Below are positions 37,736-50,392 of a stretch of DNA of 64,000 nt, in pieces (positions within the stretch are counted from its first letter, which is position 1; each line of letters begins with the position of its first letter). Where the stretch lies: assembly GCA_012026655.1 (NCBI GenBank), contig JAAILG010000197.1, positions 1 through 64,000 on the forward strand. The letters are read 5' to 3'. The translations under genes were made by a program, and so were the position numbers. The stretch is from Hydrolagus affinis. Its lineage: Eukaryota. The notes beneath the pieces are model-generated. The model had not been told where the DNA came from. It did not search any database and worked only from the letters and a program-made list of their open reading frames with translations.

Positions 37736-39840
37736 GGTTGTTTATTTCAAGTTAATGGCCGATTTAACAGTCCATCCATACATATCAGATCTTTCTATCT
37801 CTACATCCCTACCATGACCTGAGGGATACAGAAACGATTGTCTAGTATTTGTACAGTGTTTCCTCAACTCAGTCAGCACCCTTGCCTATTATTCCATGGA
37901 CAAGATATTGAGCTTATACATTTAAATATGATTTATGCATGCATAATTATTGAGTTTTTATTAAATCATATATATATTATATATATATATATAATTCATG
38001 CGTGACTTTGACATTAGATCTCTCTTTGATTACCATCTAAATTTATAATCTCAAAATGTCAAAGTTCTGATGCCTATTTGCAGTCAACTCTAGTTTGTCA
38101 GGCAAAAAATGCTGGCTCTCCAGAGAATTTAATTCATCTGATGTCTGATCCATTCGCTGAATTGTGTGACATTGGTGCAGATTCAAGTGGAGTTGCTCCA
38201 TTTATATTGCAAGCTCTCAGCAGTGATCCTCTACTGCTTTCCATAGTACTGCAATATGAAACTCATTCACTGCATTACTCATCTGCAGCAATCAACAAAA
38301 TAGAAAGTATCATCAAGTTCAGTTGCGGTTTACTTTAAAACACCTGCAAACTCATTTTGCTTTGACATCAACCCTGGAATTGCTGTTCCTTCATGCCAGC
38401 ATGATTTCACAGAATAGAGTTCATGTAGAATTGTGCACATATTTTAACACTAAAAACACAATGTAAATAGGATATTAAAAGACCAAAAGATCACAATTTG
38501 AGCATGGGATTAGTTTTGATTTGATTTACCTGAGTCATTTTGAGTTGTTTTAAATTTGACTTTAAAAGCCACATTCTTTCTAATGCCACTCCAGCCACAT
38601 TACTCCTATTTATTGCAAACTTTGTATTTTCCTTGTGTTTGTTAAAAAAAATCACTTGAAACTTCCACTAGCAAATATATTAAAATTTATTTATTTTCAT
38701 CTTTTTTGCAATTATGCCAGCTCTTTATGAAAGAACTATCATACGACAGAACTCCAGAACAAAGGCTGGCTTGGCTGACAATTCAACTCAATAAAGCTTT
38801 ACAGTTTAGTGCTGGACTGGTTCAAGGCAAATCAAAATCAGATGAGCAAATGGTGTGGTAATGATTCTTTTCTTTTGAAACAAACTCCAGATTATTACAG
38901 TTCTTCAAACATTATGGTTGGATTTTATTTTCGTCTGAAGCATCAACGTTGCTGGGGTTTCAAAGTGGAAAATGTTTATTAACTGTTTAAGCAGCCTGTG
39001 TTCAATGAGCTTTCATTCAAGATGTGAAATGGTTGAGACCTTGCTACAGGAAACTGCAAAACATCTAATGTTGCAATTGCTGTCTTATGCTTCGATTTAG
39101 AAATCGTCATACTTCAACTCAAGGCCACGAAGCATATACAGTAGCAGCACATCCAATAATTGTTGTCTCTGGACATGCGGTAAATGCTTTGAAAGAAACT
39201 AATGGAGAAATATTTTAAAAGAACTTGTATTTCATTGAATGTTTTTGCTGCATTGAAATTCATTGAAAGCTTTGAGCAAGCTTCACTTAATAATTATTTT
39301 GTGCTCAAACTAAAATAAAGTTATATTGAAATGAATCATCATACCACTTATCTCTCAGTTCTTGCTCTTTCCCCTCCTTAAAAAATAAGAATATTTGCTT
39401 GATTATTATCAAAGAGCGTTACTCTTTGAAAACAATCGACCTTAAACCTTTAAAATTCTACCAACCCTTACCTAGGAAGGCCATTTAATGAATTAATCAA
39501 ACAGAATTGTGGAAAACGGTTAACTTCAATCTTAATTTGGAGGCCGATTCCTTTACAAAAACATACACTGCAGAAAACCAACTTCCATATTAAGATTTAA
39601 TTGAAGAATTTTCCATAATTCTCTGCGATCTTAAATTTTAAGGTAAATTAATCTTACAGGCTAACACCACATGGATTTGATGCCAGAGGAACCAGTGGGA
39701 AGTATGGTGTTTTGCCTGATTATGGCATGCAGTTAGATTATGTTTTTCTTGTTTGTCAAAATCCATGTTTTGTTTTATACATTGTCATTTCCCTAAATTA
39801 TTTGTGCTCCATCTGCTTTGTTCCCTTCTTTTCCATTCAG

Positions 39841-39845
39841 CCTCA
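39841..39845 (+). other. Candidate 5-nt microexon CCTCA
   Basis: Strong tract ctgctttgttcccttcttttccattcag, then CCTCA, then consensus donor GTAAGT. Signals only. Confidence 0.25.
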
Positions 39846-40864
39846 GTAAGTCCTTTTCCAGATAACTTTTGTATGGGATACAATTTATTTGTTATTTCAT
39901 TTGCATTTATTTAATCGTTTGTCACATTATTGGATACCAGCATGTGTAAACTTTCTGAAGGGAATTATGAAATATACCGTGCCCTGTTTCTAATTACTGA
40001 ACTCTGGAAGGCAATTTTCTTTAGGCAAAAATCAAACTGCCTCCTTACATCAAACTCAGATTTCCAGATGTCATAGGAATATTCTATTCATTCAAATCAG
40101 TCCCAAATGATATTTCGAAGCCTTAAACTGTCAGTCACTTCTGAATAAATTGAAGTAAAAGCAGAAAAAAATTATGTGGAGTGATACTTACCCTCAAGAC
40201 TTGTGCAAGCCCTTGACAATCTGCTGTGTGATCCTGAGTTTTTCGTATAATGCAGAGTAGTTGATGCTCAACAGTCTTCTGGTTTGTGTTTGTCCTTGCT
40301 CTCATTGTTTTAGGCTCTTAATGCAAATTTCAACTTTAAGGTGTCTATAATTAGCCATGGTATGTACACAAAATAGGAAGGTTCCAGGTTTAATCCCTGG
40401 TCTGTGATGATTTAGGCCAAGGGGAACTCAACAAGGGCTGTAGCAGGAGAGCTGCTGTTGCTCTAGTTGTCGGCGCTGGGAAAGGATAAATGAAATGAGA
40501 ATAGCATTCAGGCCATATTGATGGATGCATTACACGGCAAGAAGGTTCCCCCTTATCTCTTTGCATTCAATTGTTTTCACTTGCTTTTGCAGCTTAGATC
40601 TGTTACTGCTTCTGTGTAGTTGGTTTATCATATAAAGGCCTCACCCTCAGAACAGAATGAAATGAAGTGGTTGGGTGGGGTAAATGAGTGGGAAGAGTTG
40701 GGGGGTAGTCCTTAGAAATGGTTTTCCCATTATTACTACCTATTGGCAAACTGGTAAATTTACTGACTGGCAGAGAATACATTTGTACAGGATTTGGTGG
40801 GCTGACTCTTCCTTCTTGCACCCTTTCTCAAGTCATTATGTGTGTGTTGTGTGAATATACTTCA

Positions 40865-41218
40865 AGACAACAAGGCAACAAGAACAATAAAATTACACTT
40901 GTATAGCGCCTTTCACGTCAGGAGGACATCCCAAGGCACTGGACAGTTACTATTTCAGACCTGAGCTGAGGATGGGAGGCGGAGGGGGATTAGGAGTTGC
41001 CGATGGGTCCATCGAAGACGAGAGTCTTCAGGGAGGCCAGGGAGGGGGCGAGCCAGATGGTCTGTGGGTTGGAGTTCCAGAGGTTGGGGGCAGAGTGGCT
41101 GAAGGCTCGCCTGCCAATGGTGGAGTGGTTGGGTCGGGGGACGTGGAACAGGCCGGAGCCTGGGGGCCAGCAGGTTGGTAAGGGGGTAGGAGGTCACAGA
41201 TGTAGGGTGGGGTGAGGT
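40865..41218 (-). mobile_element. L2 3' portion
   Basis: aaaattacacttgtatagcgcctttcacgtcaggaggacatcccaagg; DLTPPYICDLLPPYQP in the minus-strand ORF. Confidence 0.9.
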
Positions 41219-41618
41219 CTGTACAGCAATGCATTTTAAGTGACATTGCTAAATTGCTGAACTGTTCAAGCTTCACTCTTAAAATCATGTAAATAATAGC
41301 AGTATCACAAGCTTCCCTTTTCAATGTGATTATAGTTATTTTAATAGAAGCTTTCATTTTAGTTTTAAACTTAATACAGTATTTGCAACTTTGCAGAACT
41401 CAGTGACTGAACATAAAAAGCACTAATGGTAAATCCGTTTTAAAAGTACCATGATATGCAGACAACTTGCTCATCTCTATATTCTGCCAAAAGCATTTTC
41501 AGGAAATCGACCTCCTTTCAATTTTATTTTCACCCAAATATAATCCTGTGGTGATGCAGACCTATTAATGTTTGCAGCAGCTGTCTTTATCATGTGGAAC
41601 AACTAATACAGTCTTTGC

Positions 41619-41706
41619 TTTTATTTAGGAAAGGCAATTGCAGATTTATTTATTTAGGAAAGGCAATTGCAGATTTATTTATTTAGGAAAGGCAATTGCA
41701 GATTTT
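41619..41706. repeat. Tandem repeat, 3 x 29 bp
   Basis: tttaggaaaggcaattgcagattt starts at 41624, 41653 and 41682. Confidence 0.95.
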
Positions 41707-42215
41707 CACAATCTTGGATGTTATCCTGCCTGCCAGGTGCAAATGCTGCAATTTAGAGCTGATGCTTTGCAGGGAATAATAATAACAATAATGATCATGT
41801 TCTTTGAATTCAAGCACGTTTCAAAGTGCCTGACAGGATTTTACTATAAAGTCTGGTAATTTGTAAGTTATTTGGTGCAATGTCTGGAGAGGACACCCCA
41901 CCCAACATTAACTATTGTATCAGGACCCCAAAAAGTAGTGAAAATGCCAGTTCTCCAACTAATTTTTTTAAAATTGTTGAATTCCTAATGATTAGGACTC
42001 CTACAAGTAGGAATTATTGACAGTGCATTGTGTAAAATGGTAGGAGCCTGCCAGAAATCTTGGGACAGTATTAGCTGTTCTTTGAGAGTGCTTCATGCAC
42101 GTAAATTTATTTTGATTTCTTAGAATGAATCAATGATTAGCTCGATATTATTGTATTTCAGTTTTTTTTCCAATTAAAGTTAAGTAAGGAACATTTCAGC
42201 AGAATGATCACCCAC

Positions 42216-42382
42216 TTGGATTTTCTGTGCATGTCATTGGCTTCAAAAGTCGGAAAATTCTGCAAAACCCTACTCTGTTTTAGTTTTACTCCTCGGATGT
42301 ACAGGGACTGGGTTTTGTCTTCTATGCTGAGTTTGCTCTTTTCAATGCTATAGGTGTTGTAGTTGCCTCGATGTCGCAGACT
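42216..42382 (-). other. Candidate internal exon (167 nt), unknown product
   Basis: Acceptor ttttgtcttgtttttcctactcag and donor CAA|gtgggt; one open frame, SLRHRGNYNTYSIEKSKLSIEDKTQSLYIRGVKLKQSRVLQNFPTFEANDMHRKS. No family recognised. Confidence 0.25.
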
Positions 42383-42944
42383 CTGAGTAGGAAAAACAAG
42401 ACAAAATCCCATTGATGATGTCCATCTGCTGCTCACGGTGGAGGACAGCATTGGACCTGGCTATAATCTCTGGCTAGTGAAACAGACTTTAATGCTCACT
42501 GTTAAGGGGCACATATCAATAATAAATAGTCATTTGCTATTCACTGGGGTCAATTTCAGGAGAGGAGAGAAAAGAGAGAAAAATCTAAATATTTAAAGAA
42601 AACAAATTAATTTGTTCATTATTTAGGACCTTTTGATTGAAAATAACTCCATATAAGCGATGATACATATCCTTTCCAAACTCCCGTGAATATTAGCAGC
42701 ACACAGCCTATTTATTTGTTTGATTTAAGTTATTGAAAAGAATGTTCGAATAAAGAAGTGCAAATATCAGCTTGCACTAGATTAAACTGCATCTTTTTGG
42801 ATTCTCCATCTGGTATTGGGTTGAGTCAACAGTTTCTGAATTAATAATTCATGGGTTGTCACAGTAATCATTGCACTGAATCACTTCAGAAAGTATTGGT
42901 GGGTAGTGTTGTGCAGTTTGGTTATGTACAATTAAGCTTAATTT

Positions 42945-43200
42945 ATTTCTTTTCTCCTCCTAATTTTCTTGCCTTTGCTGGTGGTAGCATTGACTCATGC
43001 TGGAGTATACAGTATTCTCATTGAGTGACAGACACCCTCTGTAAGTCACCCAAGTGGTTACTGTTCACAAGACAATGAATGATGGCAGGCTGTGCAACAC
43101 AAACTGCACAAGGGATATTGAGCCCCATCCTGCCCTCACTTAATACCTACACAGTCACACTCCAGGATCAGACCAGCTAATTAGACCCGCTAGTTTTGAC
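42945..43200 (-). mobile_element. Old SINE family B copy
   Basis: tgactcatgctggagtatacag...cacccaagtggttactgttcac...gagccccatcctgccctcac; similar to 23610. Confidence 0.6.
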
Positions 43201-44694
43201 ATTCTGGGCTTCAACATGATCTCAACATTTTAAAACTATAACTGATTGCACTGATATAGATTATTAGGTCTTAACAGGTGAATGAATCTGAAGATTAAGT
43301 TTTACATAAATTCGTTTCCATTTAAACAATAAGAATGGACAACAAAATATTTTATTCAGATGGTATTTAGCTCCATTTACCAGCTTTGTGGAGTGGCGAG
43401 ATAAAGCACACATCTATGCTCCATATATATACACCATTTTTACTCTAAATTTCACCTCCCTCTATTTGAGAAAATATCTTCTTCCACTCAACAACAGGCA
43501 AATTCAGATGCGGAAATCATTGATGAATGTGTAGCTTAACACTCTGTGGCAAAGAACATTTTCTTATTGTAAAATATACTTTTGTCAGGCAAAGGCATTA
43601 AAGTTCCTTAATAATAAAGTTGCACTTAAAAAGCTGATGAAATTTAACTTTTGAGAGCACATGGCGACAAGGTCAGTAGCTTTAATGGAATTTCATCCTA
43701 TCCTCAGCATTTAAAATAATACAAAATACAACACAAAGTGATTTCATGTCATTTTTGTTCGCATTAGAAGCCAAAGCGTACATTAGATGTGGCATACTGA
43801 TATTTCTAAGTGCAGTGAGAACGCACACACACACTGTATTTAAATGCACTTTGTTTTAGGAAATGCTGCAGAGGTCTCCACGTTTTACAATATTGCTTTG
43901 TAAATTGTGGCTTTGAAATTTTCAGCAAATCATTTCACTGATTTGGGCATTCAAAATGTTCTCAAATTTGAATCATTCCAGGGACTATTAAGTGTTCTGA
44001 AAAGTAGAGAAGCTGGATATTAAGTGGGTGGATGGTGAGTCAACATGATTGCTTTTGATGAGCATCTACAGTACAGGAATTTACATGAATGTAAATCAAA
44101 GGAAGGAAGAGGCTGATTTCACTCTAGGTACTATGGAATTACAGTACCATGCTATCTGTTCATGGCTTTTCAAAAGAAACAAATAAAGGAACCATTTCCA
44201 TGCACTGCATGCTCAATAGCTAAGTAGTGAATAACAATAGCCATTTGTATTGATTACATAACTCATTGGTGAAATAAATGGAGGGTATTAATTGTGGTTT
44301 TGATCCATTAAATTGAGATGTGTTCAGATGTTGTTCCATGGTTGGTTTAAGAATTACAGTTTAAATTCACTGATTTTGTGACACTTGATTGACCAGTTCT
44401 CCCAAACTACTAGACAAAAAAATTGAATGCCAATAGATTACGGTGCTATCTTGGGTTTTGTATGGAGTGTGTGCTTTGTGCTGTCATTTTCCATTAAAGA
44501 AAATGTTACATTAGTCAACACTGTCCAGTGTAGATTCTCAATGTATTTTAATGCCTGAGAATAAAACCTCTAGAGGACCATTCTCATTCACAACACTCCT
44601 TACCTCTGAAATTCACTGCCTCTATCTGTTTGCCTTGCCCTGTTTCTATCTGAATCCCACCTTAATGGCAGCATCAACCTCCATGATTGCATTT

Positions 44695-45444
44695 TCAACC
44701 TCACCAAGCCAGTCAGAAACTTAGGTGTCTTGTTCGACCCTCAACTGTCTTTCCTTCCCCCACATCTAAGCAATGACACGGTCTCGCTTTCCCCATCTCC
44801 GCAACATCACCAGTCTTCGCCACTACCTCACCCCCAAACAAGCTGAAACCCTAATTTACGCCTTCATTACATCCCGGCTCGACTATGCAAATGCCCTGCT
44901 TGTCAGCCTCCCCAATTCCTCCCTCCACAGGCTGCAGATATTCCAGAACTCTGCGGCCCATGTCCTCTACTGTTCCAAACTACATGATTACATCTCTGCC
45001 ATCCTCGCCCAACTCCATTGGCTCCCCATCATCCAGAGGATCCAATCCAAGATCCTGGTCCTCACATTTAAAACCCTCCACAACCTCACCCCACCCTACA
45101 TCCATGACCTTCTAACCCACTTGCCAACCTGTCCGACCCCTCCACTGAACAGACTCTGGCCCCCAACCTACCTGCCCCACCATTGGTGGGTGAGCCTTTA
45201 GCCACTCTTAGCCACTCTGCTCCCAACCTCCCTCCCATCCCGCATTCCCCTCGCCTCGCCCCCTCCTCGGCCTCCTTCAAGTCTTGCCTCAAGACTATCC
45301 TCTTCAATGGACCCATCGGTAACTCCTAATACTTCCCTTCCCTTGCCCCACTGTCCTCAGCTCGGGTCTGAAGCAGTGACGTCCAGCGCCTTGGGTCGTC
45401 CTCCTGACGTGAAAGGCGCTATACAAGTGTAATTTTATTGTTGT
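44695..45444 (+). mobile_element. L2-type LINE 3' portion
   Basis: ORF 44773-45201: AETLIYAFITSRLDYANALL...LQIFQNSAA...LHWLPIIQRIQSKILVLTFK; hairpin 45385-45420. Confidence 0.95.
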
Positions 45445-45909
45445 AAAAACTAGCTTTTCAACTACACCTATGATCAGATCCCCCTTCTCCATTGTTCATC
45501 ATCCAATCCCACCAACATGAAGTGCTCTGAGATGTTATCTTATATAAAGTGCGCTACATAAATCTTAAGTATTAATGTTGTCACATAAAATGCTAAGCCT
45601 TTGTGTTCAACTAAATAATCTCAGATAACTATTACAAACTCATGAGCTGTTAATGAAATAACATTCAAACAACAATGTTAAATGATTGTTGGTCTTCTTG
45701 CTCTGGGGTTTGCAAGAAAAAAATCCCAAATTTGACTTTTCAAATCCTGTGACAAAAGATCAAAAAATAGAAAGTTTGGAATTTAAACAAAAGTATTCAT
45801 TCAGCCTAGACCACATTGACAGTAATGGATATCAGTGGATTTCATATCGGAAACAGATTTCACAGTTACATGGATCTCAGGGTCAATGTTCCAATGGTTA
45901 TTGATCTTA

Positions 45910-46009
45910 GCCTTGGGACGTCCTCTCGACGTGAATGGCGCTCTATAAATGTAATTTTGTTGTTGTTGTTAATTTGGGGCTATACAAATGTAATTTTGTT
46001 GTTGTTGTT
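45910..46009 (+). mobile_element. Two stacked L2 tail-only fragments
   Basis: gccttgggacgtcctctcgacgtgaatggcgctctataaatgtaatt(ttg)n followed by ggctatacaaatgtaatt(ttg)n. Confidence 0.85.
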
Positions 46010-47048
46010 AGGATTACCGCTGATGCTGTTTCCTTCCTGGAAGCTCGCCTATTTCTAATAACCCTTATTTCTGAGGAAGAGTAGCATTTTTTGTATTGTT
46101 GCACGCAGATCAATTTTCATTGTTTTGGGGTTGAAACATTCCATTTGTTCGGTTCTCTCCATCATCTTACCATCAGTACACACCAATTTTGGCATTTGAA
46201 ACACATTGCTCAACTTCTGTGATTCTTCTAATTCAATTGTACTCATCCAATCCTTTTGATCAGTCATTCAACATCTCATCCACTGGTGTGCTCTTGGAGA
46301 ATATAGAGCTTGAAATCATAGAGTTCCAGTTGAACACTCAGAGCTGTGTTATTACTATTTTAGTTGGGAATGTCTGGAGAGGACAGTGAGTTAATTCGAA
46401 GTCACTTCTTGGAGTTTGAATGTTTCTCAGAAGACTAGCCATTGATCTATCCTGTTCTCCAGGGTTTCCTCTTGATCTTTTGAATAAGTGTTGGAATGGA
46501 ATTAAAACCAAGCTAAGCGAACGCAAGTCCAAAGTGAGAACTGCTTCTATGGGTTACCAATTTAGTCTCTCCTTCTCTCTCTGATGAAACAAAATCTTTA
46601 ACGTAATAAATAATTTATTTCTCAAAGCCTTTTTTAAATTCTGTCTTACTCAATCTGCCATTCTACATCAATTGGCTCTATCCTCTCATGCATTCACTAT
46701 TAAAGATGCATACCTAATGTTGATGTTGCTCTCGCGGTTACTGCAGGATCATTTTGCACAGAAAATGATGGATCATCTAGGTGTTATTACAAGTCAGAGA
46801 TCAAGAGCAAAGGCCTGAGGAAGAGATAAATTCATCGTGAGTACACTTGGGAATGATCGAAGGGATCAGGAAATGTTATACTGCAAGAGTGAACCAAAAA
46901 CGTGAAACTTATAATTAAGTAACTGGCTTGAAGTTCCTATTTTAAATACTGTGGGTGTTGTTTTTATTTAATATTTTTCTTATAAGCTATGATCCAGTTT
47001 TGAATCCACTGGAGGCTATAATTGTTCTAGTGAATGCTAAAAGCTGGT

Positions 47049-47368
47049 GGAGTCCTGTAGCACAGTGGTTAGAGCACTCGCTTTACAACTGTGAGACCTG
47101 TGTTCGAATCCAGGCAGGTCAGGGCGAAACCTTGGGGAAGTTTCCTTACTCCACACGCCTAATAAAAATCCCTCCAAAAAAAAAGACAGTAATAAATCAT
47201 TTCAATCCCAACTGTTTGTGAGACACTGCTGTGTGCAATTGGCTGTGGCGTTTCGCCCACAAATATACAGTCAATTCACTTCACAGTATATTCTGTGAAG
47301 CGCTTTGAGACGTCTGTTTAGAAGACGTGAAAGGCACTATATCAAATGCAAGGATTATTATTATTATT
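47049..47368 (+). mobile_element. Full-length young tRNA-derived SINE (best copy in the window)
   Basis: A box tagcacagtggttag, B box gttcgaatcc, Deu-like ctgctgtgtgcaattggctg, L2-like hairpin and (TTA)n. Confidence 0.93.
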
Positions 47369-47452
47369 TCCCGGCCCCTGACTGTTCAGCGCCTTGGGAC
47401 GTTCTCCCAACATGAAAGAAGCTCTATAAATGTAATTTTGTTGTTGTTGTTA
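47369..47452 (+). mobile_element. L2 tail fragment abutting the SINE tail
   Basis: gactgttcagcgccttgggacgttctcccaacatgaaag...(ttg)n. Confidence 0.85.
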
Positions 47453-47751
47453 CCTGTAAGATAAAAATTATCATATCATCACTGGAAGTTCCTTCAGAAA
47501 TAATTTTTAATGGAGTACTAGGGAATTTTGTGGGCAGTCTGTATAGCATAGATTTTGAATTGCTCTCTTGAAACTGTTGGAGAATTACTAAAAAAAAACC
47601 ACGCATCAAAATGAATGCTGAAATGTTATTATGTACACTTATATTATATTTTCAAGACAATTCTTTACTATTTAATACACTAGGCAAGTTTGATTCTTTT
47701 GAGGAAAGACAGACAGAGAAGTATAGTACAGGTAAGCCTCTATTTAGGATG

Positions 47752-47983
47752 TGGTGAAACCTTGGGCAAGTTTCCTTACTCCACACGTCTGATAATAATC
47801 TCTCAAAAAAAATTATCATTTCAATCCATGACTGTGTGTGGGACACTGCTGTGTGCAATTGGCTGCCACGATTCGCCCACAAATATATACAGTCAATTCA
47901 CTTTACAATACATTCTATGAAGCGCTTTGGGACATCGATAAGATGTGAGAAGCGCTATATCAAATGAAAGGATTATTATTATT
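47752..47983 (+). mobile_element. Young SINE, 5'-truncated
   Basis: gaaaccttgggcaagtttccttactccacacg...(TTA)n; collinear with the 47049 copy. Confidence 0.9.
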
Positions 47984-49739
47984 AAACCATATTTCTGCTG
48001 CAGTCTCTCATCAATAATTAATTCCCTGTTTTAGGTACTGTATATTTAATCCAGATAGCCCCTATTGAATAACGTATTGTTGCATGAGCCACACATCAGT
48101 CCAAGGAGATGAATAAACACGTGAATGATCACTACAGAGACCAGCTTCTTAATATCCATTCATCCTGAGAGTTGGTGTATTCTTTTTCTAAAAAAAATGC
48201 TATCAATTGGATGGCCACCATTAGAGGAATGAAGTACAGTATTCATCTAGGACAACTCTCTCCATTAGAGTTTTGGCTTTGTGATATATTCTGTTGGGGC
48301 CTGCTCATCCTAATGGAAGCTCTACTTATTTCCTCCAAGTTTTGTTTTAGCATGACTTCTTTTAGCACTTCACAAGGGTTAGGTGAACTCATGGTGACTA
48401 ACAACTTTGAACCAGCCAAGATAACAGCAAAATAAAGCGTAAACACAGAAAAAAGTTCAATTGTGCCATTGATAATGCAAAAGCAAAATTGCCAATTACA
48501 CTTTGGGCTATTTTGGGCGTTAAACATAAATTTTGATAAAAAGCGCATTATACTTGAGTAAAAAAAAAAGAAATAGTTTAATCACAGCAAAAATCATTGT
48601 ACCTTTTGTGGAAATGTATACTGCAATAGACAGTGGTGGCAGTGTATTAACATTTTGAGGAAGCTGTTCTAGTAGTTGACATGCTGCTGCCCTTTTAAAC
48701 TGTTTGTCCTGTATGGTTCCCAAACCACAAACAGCCTTGCATGTTACCATAGTACCCATGTTATGTCTTACAAAGTGCAATTTTGAGTAATTTCACAATC
48801 ATCTCATGAATTTTTTGTTTCTTCTAAAAAGGACTAGAATAAATATTTAATAAGATTTGGGCTTAACAGGTAATCACATTTTCAAATAACCACAGTACTT
48901 CTAACTGATGTGCTTCTGATAATGGTATTACTGGAATGAAGCCAGGAGTATTGGAATGCAACAGAGGGCGTTCACATGGTTAAGAATTAAGCCTTTTTTT
49001 CAACAGTCTATTTTAGGCATCAAAGAAGTCTCACTTGGATCCAATTTATAAACACTTTAAAAAAATTATTAAGAAAAATAAACACCATTTGGTGCTTATT
49101 TTTGTGAATTTCTTCAATAGTTTTGCTCAAATAGCAAACCTTGATAACACTGTTGGAAGAAACTGACTTGGAGGGGTTACTGACCTTGATAATGTGAGGG
49201 AGCGGAATTAACATTGATAGAGTTACAGGGCAAATATTGGGAAGGTCGGTCAATTATTGGCCACTTACTGCCAAGTGGAATATATCACTTGGGGCATTAA
49301 ATGTACATTCAGTAGTCTCTGCTCACTGCAACATACATTTACCACAGAACGACTGATGATAACCGGATGCCTGAAATTCCACTGAGCTTTGCTTGGTAAG
49401 ACCATTTGGGCTGAAGAACCTGTGTCATCTTAAATTTGAACACAAAATATGTCTCTTAGGATAACACCAGGTAAAGTTTGAGTCTATAGGATTCCAACAC
49501 CAATAGCAACAATTGTTTGTTTATGTGTGTGGCGGGCGAGGTTGACTTTCCTTAAAATTAGATAAAGGAACACAATCCAATTTTACCTTGATTGTGCTGT
49601 ATATTGAGTCACCAAACCAGTGCATAATCTAGGTGGTTTGGACCCCTAGCTGTCCTTCCCCCCCCACCCCACCCCCCCACATCTGGTCCCTGACCAGTAC
49701 CACCTTCTTCCACTTCCACCACGTTGCCCACACATCCGA

Positions 49740-50392
49740 CCATGCTTTACCCCACATGCAGCCAAAACCCAAGCGTTTGGCACCTCCTGCTTAGATTACT
49801 CCAATACACTCCTTGCCAGTCTACTCAGCTCCACCATTCAAAAAATCCAGTTCATTCAGAATTCTGCTGCCCCATACAACAACAACAATAGCAAAATTAC
49901 ACTTGTATAGCGCCTTTCATGTCGGGGGACGTCCCAAGGTGCTGGCATCCGGACCCGGGCCAAACTCCATACCCACAACTCCCCAGTTCTGGCCAGCCTC
50001 CACTGGCTGCAAATGGATATAATTTGTGTTCAAATCCATTCATTCCCTGGTACCGCCATACCTCTCCAATTTCCTCACTTCCCAATCCACAACCCGGTGC
50101 CTCCGCTTGACTGGCACCAGCCTCGTGGTGCACTCATCCCTCGCACTCACCACCCCAGGCATCGGATGTTGCACTTTTGGCCCCAAAACATTGGATCACT
50201 CTCCCTCAATAGCTCCATCTTGCCTCCCTTCTCCCCTCTTTCAAGGCCTGCCTGAAACTTTTCCTGTTCGGCTGTTCTTACGGCCGAGAAGCCCCTCCCC
50301 CAGCTCAGAATCAAGTTCCGCCACTGTTAAGCACTCTGAGGTGCTACCCTATACGGAGACCACTATATAAGTACAAGTTGTTGTTGTTATGT
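49740..50392 (+). mobile_element. Older L2 subfamily 3' portion with an antisense young L2 tail inserted at ~49878-49945
   Basis: ttagattactccaat (LDYSN), cagaattctgctgcc (QNSAA), ctccactggctgc (LHWL); insert (CAA)n-ttacacttgtatagcgcctttcatgtcgggggacgtcccaagg. Confidence 0.8.

Noticed and set aside
41619-41706. CRISPR-like 29-bp repeats
   Set aside because: Head-to-tail units with no spacers, no cas genes, and a vertebrate context.
1904-45492. Long ORFs in GC-rich patches (e.g. 2679, 2881, 10146, 27176, 44773) as host genes
   Set aside because: They are frameshifted L2 ORF2 remnants or their alternative and antisense frames.
47049-47125. tRNA gene (also at 15957, 32635 and 62430-62501)
   Set aside because: A and B boxes are present, but there is no complete cloverleaf or terminator and each continues into a SINE body.
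49350-49382. CTGATGA...GAAA as another hammerhead
   Set aside because: No stem II or stem I pairing.
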